Positions 16,496 through 25,609 of a DNA stretch of 32,676 nt are shown here, piece after piece. The position numbers and the translations under genes are program-made. The DNA is taken from assembly GCA_964549685.1 (NCBI GenBank), contig CAZJVE010000011.1, positions 1 through 32,676 on the forward strand, read 5' to 3'. Source of the DNA: an uncultured archaeon. Its GTDB lineage: Archaea > Altiarchaeota > Altiarchaeia > IMC4 > QMZM01. The first letter of the stretch is position 1; every line of letters starts with the position of its first letter. The notes under the pieces are model-generated. The model ran no database searches and was not told where the DNA came from. It saw nothing but the letters and a program-made list of their open reading frames with translations.

Positions 16496-17419
16496 ATGAG
16501 ATGGGCTAAAAAGCACATCATCTCAATCAAAGACCTCTCCCGCGAGGAGATTGACTTTGTTCTGAGAAAGTCTGCCGAGATGGAGAAGAAACTGAATTCA
16601 GGCAGAACCTCTTCTTTGATGCGCGGCAGGATTCTCGCAACCCTCTTCTTCGAGCCATCCACCAGAACCAGAATGTCCTTTGAGACAGCGATGAAGCGGC
16701 TCGGGGGAAAGACCGTCGGCTTCCCTTTCTCCGAGATAAGCTCGGAGGCAAAGGGCGAGACGATTGCGGACACCATAAGGGTGGTGGAGGGTTATGCTGA
16801 TCTGATGGTGATAAGGCACCCGGTGGAGGGTTCTGCGCGGCTTGCCTCTGAATACTTGGATATTCCCCTCATCAATGGCGGGGACGGAGCGAACCAGCAC
16901 CCGACCCAGACTCTTCTGGACCTGTATACGATAAAGAAGAAGTTCGGGAAGATTGACGGGCTTGACATTGCAATTGTCGGCGACCTGAAGTACGGAAGGA
17001 CTGTTCACTCCCTGACAAACGCCCTGGCAAGCTACAACGTGAAGCTGAGATTCATCTCACCCAAGGAATTGAAGATGCCAAGGCAGATGGTAAAGGAGCT
17101 TGAGGACAATAATATTCCGGTCAAGGAGACCAGCAAGCTGAACCTGAAGGACTCTGATGTAGTCTATGCGACGAGAATCCAGAAGGAGAGGTTCCCGGAC
17201 CCGCAGGAATATGAGAGGGTCAAGGGCGCCTATGTGATAGACTTGGAGACTACAGAGGGCCTTAAAAAGTCAGCCATAATCATGCACCCCCTCCCGAGGG
17301 TGGGGGAGATTTCCCCTGAGGTTGATGGTACGAAATTCGCCCACTACTTCGAGCAGTCGAGAAACGCGATTCCGGTCAGGATGGCTTTGCTTTGCCTGGT
17401 GTGTGGGGTGAAGTTTTAA
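16496..17419 (+). CDS. pyrB: Aspartate carbamoyltransferase catalytic subunit
   Basis: FFEPSTRTRMSF, KGETIADT, HPTQTLLD, GDLKYGRTVHSL, RIQKERF and HPLPR motifs. Confidence 0.98.
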   Translation: MRWAKKHIISIKDLSREEIDFVLRKSAEMEKKLNSGRTSSLMRGRILATLFFEPSTRTRMSFETAMKRLGGKTVGFPFSEISSEAKGETIADTIRVVEGYADLMVIRHPVEGSARLASEYLDIPLINGGDGANQHPTQTLLDLYTIKKKFGKIDGLDIAIVGDLKYGRTVHSLTNALASYNVKLRFISPKELKMPRQMVKELEDNNIPVKETSKLNLKDSDVVYATRIQKERFPDPQEYERVKGAYVIDLETTEGLKKSAIIMHPLPRVGEISPEVDGTKFAHYFEQSRNAIPVRMALLCLVCGVKF

Positions 17420-17420
17420 G

Positions 17421-17882
17421 ATGGATAAAGAGAAGAAAACTCTCAAAATAAAGCTGATAAAGAAGGGGATATCCATAGACCACATAAAGCATGGCAAGGC
17501 CCCTGAAGTTCTGAAGATTCTAGGGATAAGCAACGGCTTCCCGGATTCCGTCACTCTTGCTATGAACATCCCCAGCAAGGCGAGGGGTAGGAAGGACATC
17601 GTCAAGGTGGAGAATAGGGACCTCGACCCCAAGGAGATGAACAAGATTGCCATCATAGCTCCCCATGCGACGATAAACTGGATAAAGAACTACAAGGTCG
17701 TGAAGAAGATGTCCGTTTCGTTGCCCGAGGACATTGTCGGCATAGTCAGGTGCCCGAACCCCATCTGCATCACGAACAAGGAAAGGGAGCCGGTAAAGTC
17801 GGTCTTTCACGTGAGGCAGAATGAGCCGCTGGTTTTGAGATGTAAATACTGCGAGCGGGAATTTTCAGAGGGTGGGAGTTAG
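17421..17882 (+). CDS. pyrI: Aspartate carbamoyltransferase regulatory subunit
   Basis: IDHI, GRKDIVKVEN and the CPNPICIT...CKYCE zinc site. Confidence 0.96.
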   Translation: MDKEKKTLKIKLIKKGISIDHIKHGKAPEVLKILGISNGFPDSVTLAMNIPSKARGRKDIVKVENRDLDPKEMNKIAIIAPHATINWIKNYKVVKKMSVSLPEDIVGIVRCPNPICITNKEREPVKSVFHVRQNEPLVLRCKYCEREFSEGGS

Positions 17883-17916
17883 AGTGTAGGGATAATTCCT
17901 TATTTTTCAGAGGTGG

Positions 17917-19380
17917 CTAAACAATCTCCCCGACGAGTTTCTCCGTCTCCTTTCTTGCAGAGTCTATCTTCTCTCGCTTCTCCTTCAGGGATTTCTCCTT
18001 CACGAGCAATTCCTTCTTCAGGGATTTCGCGGCCCTTGCGACCTCGGCCGGGGATGTGCCGCCGGTGCTCCTTGTGGCGCTGACCGCCTTCTTTGGGTCA
18101 AGGAGGTTTTTCAGTTCGGTATCGGGGATTTCTATGCCGTTCTTCTTCAGCATCTTTTTTACATCAGAGATATCATTGAAGTTCTTGCCCTTCTTTACGA
18201 GGGACTTCACCAGCTTCCCTGTAACGGAGTGGGCCTTCCTGAAGGGCATCCCCTTATTCATAACAAGGGAGTTGGCAAGTTCAGTAGCACAGGAGAAGCC
18301 GTCCTCAACCAGTGCGAGCATCCTCTTGTCGTTCCATTTAACGCCATTGAGGATTCCGTTCATAATCTCTACCGAGGAGTTAACCACTCTGAAGGAGTCC
18401 CAGAGCAGGGCCCTGTCCTCCTGTAAATCCCTGTTGTAGCCGGAGGTTATTCCTTTGACCGCTGTAAGAGCCTGGACCAGGTTGCCGTAGGTCCTGCCGG
18501 CCGAACCCCTTATCAGCTCGGCAAGGTCCGGGTTCTTCTTCTGCGGCATTATGGAGCTTCCGGCGGAGAATTCATCCGGCATCTCAAGGAGCGAGAACTC
18601 CTCGGTGCTCCAGAGCACCAGCTCCTCCGAGAGCTTGGACAGGTTCGAGGTAAGGATTGCCAAGGCTGATAGAGACTCGAGGATGAAATCCCTGGAGCTT
18701 ACTGCGTCGAGGGCGTTTTGTTGCATGGAATCGAAGCCCAGCAGCCTTGCAGTAAGTTTCCTGTCTATCGGAAAGGAGGTTCCTGCAAGGGCGCATGCGC
18801 CGAGGGGTGAGGAATTGGCCCGGGAATACGAGCTGAGCATCCTCTCTATGTCCCTGAGGAACATCTCTGCGTATGAGGAGGCCCAGAATCCGAGAGTGAT
18901 TGGCTGCGCGTGTTGAAGGTGAGTGTAGCCGGGCATGACCTTTGACTTCGATTTTTCAGCCAGCTTCAGGAGTGTCCTGTCAAGGGTTATCAAAAGCCCC
19001 ACGGTCTCGAGAATCTCCTCCCTCAGTTTCATCCTGACGTCTGTAACGACCTGGTCGTTCCTGGAGCGGGCGGTATGCATTTTACCTCCTGCCTTCCCCA
19101 CCCTTTCCGTCACATAGCTCTCGACGTTCATGTGGACGTCCTCCAGTTCTTCCTTCAACTGGAAGCCGCCCCTCATGGCCTCTTTCTTCAGGCTATCGAG
19201 CGTGGATAGAATCTTGGCTGCGTCTTCCCTTGAAATAATTCCCTGGCGCTCCAGCATGATAACGTGCGCCTGGTTCAGCCATATGTCCTCCATAATCATC
19301 TCCCGGTCAACTCTCAGGGAGTTCAGGAACTCCATCGCCCCTGCAGAAATCTTGCCCTTGAACCTGTCGCGCAGAACCAT
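17917..19380 (-). CDS. argH: Argininosuccinate lyase
   Basis: EDVHMNVE, HTARSRNDQV, MPGYTHLQHAQP, GSSIMPQKKNPD and YNRDLQED motifs. Confidence 0.98.
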   Translation of the reverse strand: MVLRDRFKGKISAGAMEFLNSLRVDREMIMEDIWLNQAHVIMLERQGIISREDAAKILSTLDSLKKEAMRGGFQLKEELEDVHMNVESYVTERVGKAGGKMHTARSRNDQVVTDVRMKLREEILETVGLLITLDRTLLKLAEKSKSKVMPGYTHLQHAQPITLGFWASSYAEMFLRDIERMLSSYSRANSSPLGACALAGTSFPIDRKLTARLLGFDSMQQNALDAVSSRDFILESLSALAILTSNLSKLSEELVLWSTEEFSLLEMPDEFSAGSSIMPQKKNPDLAELIRGSAGRTYGNLVQALTAVKGITSGYNRDLQEDRALLWDSFRVVNSSVEIMNGILNGVKWNDKRMLALVEDGFSCATELANSLVMNKGMPFRKAHSVTGKLVKSLVKKGKNFNDISDVKKMLKKNGIEIPDTELKNLLDPKKAVSATRSTGGTSPAEVARAAKSLKKELLVKEKSLKEKREKIDSARKETEKLVGEIV

Positions 19381-19422
19381 TCTGATTAATTATTTAGTTT
19401 GTTTTAATAGATAAGATAAAGG

Positions 19423-19908
19423 ATGAAACATTCACTGAAGACAGGGCTGTGCTTCGGCATGACCTCCGGGATAATCACGACGCTCGGCCTGATGGTGGGG
19501 CTGAATTCCGGGACCCATTCAAGGCTCGTTGTTCTTGGAGGAATTCTGACCATAGCGATAGCCGATGCATTCTCCGATGCGCTGGGAATCCATATCTCAG
19601 AGGAAGCAGAGGGGACGCATACTGAACGGGAGATATGGGCCTCGACTCTATCGACATTTTTCTCGAAGTTTTGCTTTGCCCTAACCTTTGTCGTTCCCGT
19701 GGTGCTGTTCAAGCTCCCGGATGCAATTCTTGTCAGCGTGGTGTGGGGCCTGCTGGTCCTGTCACTGCTCAGCCTCCAGATTGCCAGGGACCAGAAAACG
19801 AGTCCCCTGATGGTCGTCGGGGAGCACCTTCTCATAGCGCTTGTGGTTATAGGCATAACCCACTATGTCGGGGGGTGGATAGCGACGACGTGCGGGCAGT
19901 TGCTATAA
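19423..19908 (+). CDS. VIT1/CCC1-like membrane protein (short form)
   Basis: FGMTSGIITTLG and IAIADAFSDALGIHISEEAE motifs; five hydrophobic helices. Confidence 0.75.
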   Translation: MKHSLKTGLCFGMTSGIITTLGLMVGLNSGTHSRLVVLGGILTIAIADAFSDALGIHISEEAEGTHTEREIWASTLSTFFSKFCFALTFVVPVVLFKLPDAILVSVVWGLLVLSLLSLQIARDQKTSPLMVVGEHLLIALVVIGITHYVGGWIATTCGQLL

Positions 19909-19967
19909 ATTTCACTTTTCCGATGGACTGACTCCCGGTTTATCGCTGCTCTATCGAAAATCAATTC

Positions 19968-21815
19968 ATGTCGCTGTTTCCGTTCAAGGAGATTAGGGAG
20001 GGGCAAAGGGAGTTCATGCAGGACGTCGAGTCCTCTCTCGGAGAGGGGAAGCACCTCATGGCCCATGCGCCAACAGGATTGGGAAAGACTGCGGCGGTGA
20101 TTTCCCCTGCGCTGGAATTCTCATTGAAGAATAACAAGACTGTCTTCTTCCTGACTCCGAAGCATACGCAGCATACGATTGTTGTAGATACCCTGAAAAG
20201 GATTCATAAGAAGTTCAAAACGAATTTCGTTGCCGTTGACATAATCGGGAAGCAGTGGACCTGCCCGCACAAGCTCAGGGACCTCGACTCCAGAGAATTT
20301 AACGAGTTCTGCAGGGCCATCAAGAGGGAGGAGAGGTGCAAGTTTTATAATCAGGTGAGGAGGGGAAAGCTGTCGGAGAAGGCGAAGCAGATGATTGCGA
20401 GGATAAAGAGGGAGCCGATGCACGCGGAAAAGGTGGCTGAAATCTGCTCCGATAACGGCCTCTGCCCCTACGAAATCTGCACCGAGATAGGGAAGGACGC
20501 CAACGTCATCGTCTGCGACTACTTTCACATATTTTCCCCCAGAGTCAGGAAGGCGTTCCTCAGCAAGCTGAGCAAGGAGCTGGATAACCTGATACTAATA
20601 ATTGATGAGGCGCACAACCTTCCCGGCAGGGTGAGAAAGCTGCTCAGCAACAACCTGACGGAGTTCAGCCTGAAGAGGGCCGTCGGTGAGGCGAATTTCC
20701 TAGGCTTTGAAACGCTGGCAGATGATTTCCGGGACATCGCGAGAATTCTCAAGGAGCTCGGCGAAGGCATGGCGAAATTCGACGAGAGACTGGTAAAGAA
20801 GGAGGACTTCAGCAGCACCCTCGTCGAAAAGGTGGGGATGAAGTACAATGATTTTGTTGAGAGTGTCAACGACCTGGGTGAAGAAGTCCTTAACATTCCG
20901 AACAGGCACCGCTCCTATTCGAAGGCGATAGGAAGGTTCCTGGACAGCTGGGCGAAAGAGGACCGGGGCTATGCGAGAATCCTCAGGAAGGGAAAGGATA
21001 CCGTCCTGTCAAGGACGTGCCTCGACCCGTCCCTGTCCAGCATGACGGTCTTCGACGACTCCCACTCCTCCGTCTTCATGAGCGGGACTCTCATTCCCGT
21101 CGGGATGTACATGGACGTTCTCGGGCTGAAGCCGGAGAGAACAGAACTGAGGGAATATATGTCCCCGTTCCCTGAGGAGAACCGGCTCCTTCTCCTCGTG
21201 CCCGGAGTAACGACAAAATTCTCCGAGAGGTCGGACTATATGTATCGAAGGTATGCCAGAATCATCTCCGAGATAGCAGCAGAGGTTCCGGGCAACCTGG
21301 CGGTGTTCTTTCCTTCATACCAGGTCATGGGTTCTGTTGCGGGAAACATGAGGGAAATTAAAAAATCAATTCTGGTAGAAAGACAGGGGATGAAGAAAGA
21401 GGATAGAGTTCAGCTTTGCAATCAGCTTGTGAATTCAACCGCAAGCGGCGGGGGAATTCTTCTTGGGGTGCAGGCCGGCTCACTCTCAGAAGGGGTGGAC
21501 TATGCCAATAATCTGCTGGATGCGGTCATTGTTGTGGGTTTGCCGCTGGAGACCCCCACCCTCGAGATAAAGTCGCTGATAGAGTACTACGACTTCAAGT
21601 TCGAGAGGGGGTGGGACTACGGCTACATATACCCGGCCATGAATCGGGCCCTGCAGGCGGCCGGCAGATGCATAAGGTCGGAGACGGATAGGGGGGCGAT
21701 AGTCCTGATGGACGAGAGGTTCAAGTGGCAGAATTATCGCAAGTGCTTTCCCAAGGACTTCGAGTTCGTTACAACGGAGATTCCGACCAAGTACGTGAGA
21801 AGATTCTTCGGTTGA
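19968..21815 (+). CDS. xpd: XPD/Rad3/DinG family Fe-S DNA helicase
   Basis: Q motif R.GQ, APTGLGKT, four Fe-S Cys (WTCP, EFCR, RCKF, LCPY), DEAHNL, SGTL, SEGVDY and QAAGRCIR. Confidence 0.92.
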   Translation: MSLFPFKEIREGQREFMQDVESSLGEGKHLMAHAPTGLGKTAAVISPALEFSLKNNKTVFFLTPKHTQHTIVVDTLKRIHKKFKTNFVAVDIIGKQWTCPHKLRDLDSREFNEFCRAIKREERCKFYNQVRRGKLSEKAKQMIARIKREPMHAEKVAEICSDNGLCPYEICTEIGKDANVIVCDYFHIFSPRVRKAFLSKLSKELDNLILIIDEAHNLPGRVRKLLSNNLTEFSLKRAVGEANFLGFETLADDFRDIARILKELGEGMAKFDERLVKKEDFSSTLVEKVGMKYNDFVESVNDLGEEVLNIPNRHRSYSKAIGRFLDSWAKEDRGYARILRKGKDTVLSRTCLDPSLSSMTVFDDSHSSVFMSGTLIPVGMYMDVLGLKPERTELREYMSPFPEENRLLLLVPGVTTKFSERSDYMYRRYARIISEIAAEVPGNLAVFFPSYQVMGSVAGNMREIKKSILVERQGMKKEDRVQLCNQLVNSTASGGGILLGVQAGSLSEGVDYANNLLDAVIVVGLPLETPTLEIKSLIEYYDFKFERGWDYGYIYPAMNRALQAAGRCIRSETDRGAIVLMDERFKWQNYRKCFPKDFEFVTTEIPTKYVRRFFG

Positions 21816-21816
21816 T

Positions 21817-21923
21817 AATTTACCAGGAATATAATCGAGAATTTACCAGGAATAGGGCTGGGAATTTAACGGGAATAGGATTGAAAATTCATCAGAAACA
21901 GAATCGAAATCTATCAGAAATAA
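21817..21923. repeat. Degenerate tandem repeat of five 22-23-nt units (core AATTTACCAGGAATA)
   Basis: Units start at 21817, 21840, 21863, 21886 and 21908, and diverge progressively left to right. Confidence 0.75.
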
Positions 21924-22171
21924 ACCTTTGAGTCTCTCGAGACCTCCATCCTCCTGACGGATATCAGGTCGGTCAGCCTCTTCATCAGGGTCTTGGGGTC
22001 TGATTCGCCGGAGCTGATGTGCTTCAGGATTGAATCGAATACCTCAAGGAGCTCATCATCCTCTGTGTATCTGTCCCGGTATATTGTGCATACCTCCTCC
22101 AAACGCCCGTGTTTCTCCCTCTCCAGGAGATTGAGCACGTCCTTGAGGACGTAATGACTCGCTAAAACCAT
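21914..22171 (-). CDS. Small hypothetical helical protein (85 aa)
   Basis: ATG with SD-like GGTGGTGGA; typical codon usage; no recognised motif. Confidence 0.7.
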   Translation of the reverse strand: MVLASHYVLKDVLNLLEREKHGRLEEVCTIYRDRYTEDDELLEVFDSILKHISSGESDPKTLMKRLTDLISVRRMEVSRDSKVYF

Positions 22172-22180
22172 TCCACCACC

Positions 22181-22214
22181 TATTTGTCATTATTTGTCAT
22201 GATTTATCATGACA
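22181..22214. promoter_or_regulatory. Operator-like element: 10-nt direct repeats plus the perfect inverted repeat TGTCATGAT-TT-ATCATGACA
   Basis: TATTTGTCAT at 22181 and 22191, variant GATTTATCAT at 22201; inverted repeat 22195-22214 in the divergent promoter region before lhr. Confidence 0.55.
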
Positions 22215-22263
22215 TAATACTTTCAATAAGTTTTATATTAGAGTCTAGTATATAAATAGCCCA

Positions 22264-24849
22264 ATGATAAAACTACAGAAAAAGGCCTATGGAGAGGAAG
22301 AGATATACAGGGAGCTGTGCCCCCTGGTTGGAAAGTGGTTCAAATCCAGGTTCGGGAAGTTTGCATTACCTCAGAAATATGCGATAATAAATATTCACAG
22401 AAGAGAGAACACGCTGGTTTCTGCGCCCACCGGCTCCGGCAAGACCCTGACTGCCTTTCTCTCCATAATAAACGAACTGATTCAGCTGTCGGATAAGGAT
22501 TCCCTGGAGGACAAGGTCTACTGCATCTATGTCTCGCCACTGAAGGCCCTGAACAATGACATCGAGAAGAACCTCAGAGAGCCGCTGGAGGAGCTGAAAA
22601 AGATGGCAGGGAAAGACCTCGGCATAAGGGTTGCCGTAAGAACGGGAGATACCCCGACCAGCGAAAGGACAAAGATGCTGAGAAAGCCGCCACACATTCT
22701 GATAACCACGCCGGAAACCTTTTCCATAGTCCTTAATGCCCCAAAATTCAGGCAGCGCCTCAAGGACGTCAAGTGGGTCATTATCGATGAGATTCACTCC
22801 ATGGCCGAGAATAAGAGGGGAACGCACCTCAGCCTGAGCCTGGAGAGACTGCAGAATCTGGCCGGGAGATTTACGAGGATTGCTTTGTCGGCCACAATCT
22901 CTCCCCTGGAAGAGGTTGCCGAATTCCTCGTCGGATATGAGAACGGGAAGGTCAGGGACTGTAAGGTCGTTAACGTGCAGTTCCTGAAGAAGCTGGACCT
23001 CAAGGTTTTGACCCCTGTTCAGAATCTGATGGAAACAACCGAGAAGGAGCTCCATGAATCGCTCTACAGCCTCCTCAATGACCTGATCCAGTCGCACAGG
23101 ACTACGCTGGTTTTCACGAACACGAGAAGCGGCACTGAAAGAGTCGTCCATAATCTCAAGGAGAGGTTTCCGGACAGATACGATGAGAACATCGGGGCGC
23201 ATCACTCCTCGCTCTCGAAGGAGCACAGGCTTGACATAGAGAACAGACTGAAGAACGGAGAGCTGAAGGCCGTCGTTTCTTCAACCTCCCTTGAGCTGGG
23301 CATCGACATAGGTTACATAGACCTGGTCGTCCTGCTCACCTCCCCACGTTCCGTTGCAAGGGCCTTACAGAGAGTTGGGAGGTCCGGGCATAAACTGCAT
23401 GACACTGCCAAAGGAAGGTTGGTCATCATGGACAGGGATGATTTGGTGGAGTGCTCCGTTCTGCTGAAAAATGCGCTGGAGGGGAAGATAGACAGGATTC
23501 ACGTCCCTGAGAATTCCCTCGACGTTCTGGCGCAGCAGATTTACGGAATCTGTATTGAAGAGGAGCAGTATATCGAGAACGTTTTCTCCCTGGTTAAGAG
23601 GAGCTATCCCTTCAGGAATCTCGACAGGGGGGAATTCGAGTCCGTCCTGAGATACCTGGCTGGAGAGTATGTCGAGCTGGAGCAGAGGAACGTCTATGCA
23701 AAAATCTGGGTCAACTGGGAGAAGGGCGTCATGGGCAAGAGGAGCAAGATGGCCAGGATGATTTATTCCACGAACATCGGGACAATCCCGGACGAGTCCT
23801 TTGTCAGGGTCAAGATAGGCACGGAGAGAGTGGGAAAGATAGACGAGGGCTTTCTGGAGAGGCTGAAAAAAGGCGATGTCTTCGTCCTTGGAGGACGAAC
23901 CTATCAGTTCCTCTACGTCAGAGGGCAGACTATGCAGGTTAGGGCTGTGCCTGGTAGATTGCCTACTGTCCCTTCCTGGTTTTCCGAACAATTACCATTG
24001 AGCTTCGACCTGGCCATGGAGATAGGGAGGTTCAGGCGCTTGATGGAAGAAAGACTGAAAAAAGAAGAGCCGAAGAAGACAACGATGAAGTTCATTCACG
24101 ACTACCTCTATGTAGATAAGAATTCCACGAATTCCATTTATGAGTATATGAGAGAGCAGTTCCTGTATGCGAAGATTCCCACCGATGAGAGGATTATCAT
24201 CGAGTTCTACAAGGGCTTCGGGAAGGAGCGCTACGTCATATTCCACGCGCTCTTCGGGAGGAGGACGAACGATGCGCTGTCAAGGGCTATCGCCTATCTT
24301 CTCTCAAAAAGGGAGAGGAAGGACGTCTTGATTTCCCTGACGGACAACGGTTTCTACCTGTCGTCGAGCAGGGTGAAATTTAATATAGAGCAGGCGATGA
24401 AGGACCTCAGGAATTCTGAGCTGCGGGAAATTCTTGTCAGGGCAATAGACAGGACCGAGGTCCTTGCAAGGAGGTTCAGGCACTGTGCCGCGCGCTCCCT
24501 GATGATTCTTAGGAACTACAAGGGCAGGCGGAAGTCCGTGGGCAGGCAGCAGGTCGGCTCAAGAATACTGTTGAGGTTCGTGAAAAAGGTTGACGAGCAT
24601 TTTCCAATCCTGGAGGAGGCCCGAAGAGAAGTAATGGAGGATTTAATGGACATCGAGCACGCGAAACTCATCGTGGAAAGAATAAAGAGCGGCGAGATGA
24701 AGGTCGAGATTATTCACACCGAAATTCCGTCGCCGTTCGCCTTCAACCTTATAGCCCAGGGCTACATGGATATCATGAAGATGGAGGACAGGCTTGAGTT
24801 TATAAGGAGGATGCATGAAGCGGTTTTGCTTAGGATTAAGGATGGATGA
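22264..24849 (+). CDS. lhr: Lhr-like (Lhr-core) ATP-dependent SF2 helicase
   Basis: [57 protein letters not shown] and PSPFAF motifs; 861 aa. Confidence 0.95.
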   Translation: MIKLQKKAYGEEEIYRELCPLVGKWFKSRFGKFALPQKYAIINIHRRENTLVSAPTGSGKTLTAFLSIINELIQLSDKDSLEDKVYCIYVSPLKALNNDIEKNLREPLEELKKMAGKDLGIRVAVRTGDTPTSERTKMLRKPPHILITTPETFSIVLNAPKFRQRLKDVKWVIIDEIHSMAENKRGTHLSLSLERLQNLAGRFTRIALSATISPLEEVAEFLVGYENGKVRDCKVVNVQFLKKLDLKVLTPVQNLMETTEKELHESLYSLLNDLIQSHRTTLVFTNTRSGTERVVHNLKERFPDRYDENIGAHHSSLSKEHRLDIENRLKNGELKAVVSSTSLELGIDIGYIDLVVLLTSPRSVARALQRVGRSGHKLHDTAKGRLVIMDRDDLVECSVLLKNALEGKIDRIHVPENSLDVLAQQIYGICIEEEQYIENVFSLVKRSYPFRNLDRGEFESVLRYLAGEYVELEQRNVYAKIWVNWEKGVMGKRSKMARMIYSTNIGTIPDESFVRVKIGTERVGKIDEGFLERLKKGDVFVLGGRTYQFLYVRGQTMQVRAVPGRLPTVPSWFSEQLPLSFDLAMEIGRFRRLMEERLKKEEPKKTTMKFIHDYLYVDKNSTNSIYEYMREQFLYAKIPTDERIIIEFYKGFGKERYVIFHALFGRRTNDALSRAIAYLLSKRERKDVLISLTDNGFYLSSSRVKFNIEQAMKDLRNSELREILVRAIDRTEVLARRFRHCAARSLMILRNYKGRRKSVGRQQVGSRILLRFVKKVDEHFPILEEARREVMEDLMDIEHAKLIVERIKSGEMKVEIIHTEIPSPFAFNLIAQGYMDIMKMEDRLEFIRRMHEAVLLRIKDG

Positions 24850-24850
24850 G

Positions 24851-24955
24851 TCCATTAGCGCTGGATACCAGTCAGTTGAACCTGCCGAAGGCGGGTTCCG
24901 GGGGTTGATAAGGGGGCGCCAGCCCCCTTATTGCACGAAGCGGTGTTGCTAAGGA
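24851..24955. other. Multi-hairpin intergenic element (candidate small structured RNA or mobile-element remnant)
   Basis: Hairpins 24861-24871, 24878-24898 (one G-U pair) and 24908-24931 (perfect 10 bp), enclosed by TCC-A-TTAGC (24851-24859) / GCTAAGGA (24948-24955). Confidence 0.5.
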
Positions 24956-24960
24956 TTGGT

Positions 24961-24968
24961 AAAAAAAA
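24961..24968 (-). terminator. Oligo-T terminator of the RHH-RelE operon
   Basis: A8 on the plus strand (T8 on minus), 3 nt after the toxin stop codon. Confidence 0.55.
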
Positions 24969-24971
24969 TAG

Positions 24972-25232
24972 TTAGTATGCCTTGTCGTGATGTTTTATGT
25001 AGTGGAATATTATCGGGTCTCCTTTTGTCTCGAAGATTACCACAAACGGACCCATATGTGCCCTTCTCATGCCTGCAAGTACGCCACTAAGATGTTTGTA
25101 GTGCCCGGGTTTATCTGATATCTGAGCAATCCTCTTTATCAGTTTACTGAAGAGTTTGCTGTCCTTCTCCTTTATCTCCTTTAGCTGCTTTTCGAAGGAC
25201 GGGGTAAAGCGAATCCTGTAAATCATCTTCAC
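24972..25232 (-). CDS. RelE/ParE superfamily type II toxin
   Basis: YRIRFTPSFEKQLK, YKHLSGVLAGMRRAHMGPFVVIF and HHDKAY motifs; basic, 86 aa; GTGA overlap with the antitoxin stop. Confidence 0.88.
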   Translation of the reverse strand: MKMIYRIRFTPSFEKQLKEIKEKDSKLFSKLIKRIAQISDKPGHYKHLSGVLAGMRRAHMGPFVVIFETKGDPIIFHYIKHHDKAY

Positions 25233-25528
25233 GGGGAATTCAGATAGTTCTCCATCCTGCGGGAGTCCTTGAACGTTTTGCCCTTTCCTTTCCTGGCTTC
25301 CAGCCTGCTCGTTTTTACTCCCTTGATGAGTTCTTTGTCGGCGTATATGAGGTCCCTGTCCATCAGCTCGTCCATCTCATTCATGATGGGCTGCATCTCC
25401 TTGAATTCGTGCCTTATGCCGCTCCTTATCAAATCGCTTATGTTCGCGAAAACGCCCTTTTCAACGAGTGCCTGCGCCTCATTGTACATCCTCTCGGGGA
25501 GGGATATCGTTATCTTTTTATATTCCAT
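25229..25528 (-). CDS. Ribbon-helix-helix (CopG/Arc/MetJ) antitoxin
   Basis: KITISLPERMYNEAQALVEKGVFANISDLIRSGIR RHH domain; C-terminal EARKGK..F antitoxin-like tail. Confidence 0.88.
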   Translation of the reverse strand: MEYKKITISLPERMYNEAQALVEKGVFANISDLIRSGIRHEFKEMQPIMNEMDELMDRDLIYADKELIKGVKTSRLEARKGKGKTFKDSRRMENYLNSP

Positions 25529-25530
25529 TT

Positions 25531-25570
25531 ATACCACCTTGATAAGTATTAAGGTAGTATTATTTAAATA
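25531..25570 (-). promoter_or_regulatory. Putative TA operator palindrome and TATA box
   Basis: ATACCACCTTGAT...ATTAAGGTAGTAT (25531-25560, 11 of 13 positions complementary) abuts the antitoxin ATG; TATTTAAATA at 25561-25570. Confidence 0.6.
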
Positions 25571-25609
25571 TGGTGGTTTTAGTGCCCTGAGTAAATAATA
25601 ATAGATGAG

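Noticed and set aside
16451-16516. N-terminal extension of the membrane protein overlapping pyrB
   Set aside because: The stretch is an AT-rich divergent promoter region; ATG 16450 or 16444 is more plausible.
17862-17916. Short duplication TTTTCAGAGG(G)TGG at the pyrI/argH convergence
   Set aside because: It is only about 13 nt in two copies with nothing mobile between them, so probably a local duplication.
21817-21923. Mini CRISPR array
   Set aside because: Variable parts are only about 8 nt, the repeats are degenerate, and there are no cas genes.
24851-24955. tRNA gene or tRNA-derived attachment site
   Set aside because: There is no T-loop or D-loop consensus, the arm sizes are wrong, and no integrase is nearby.
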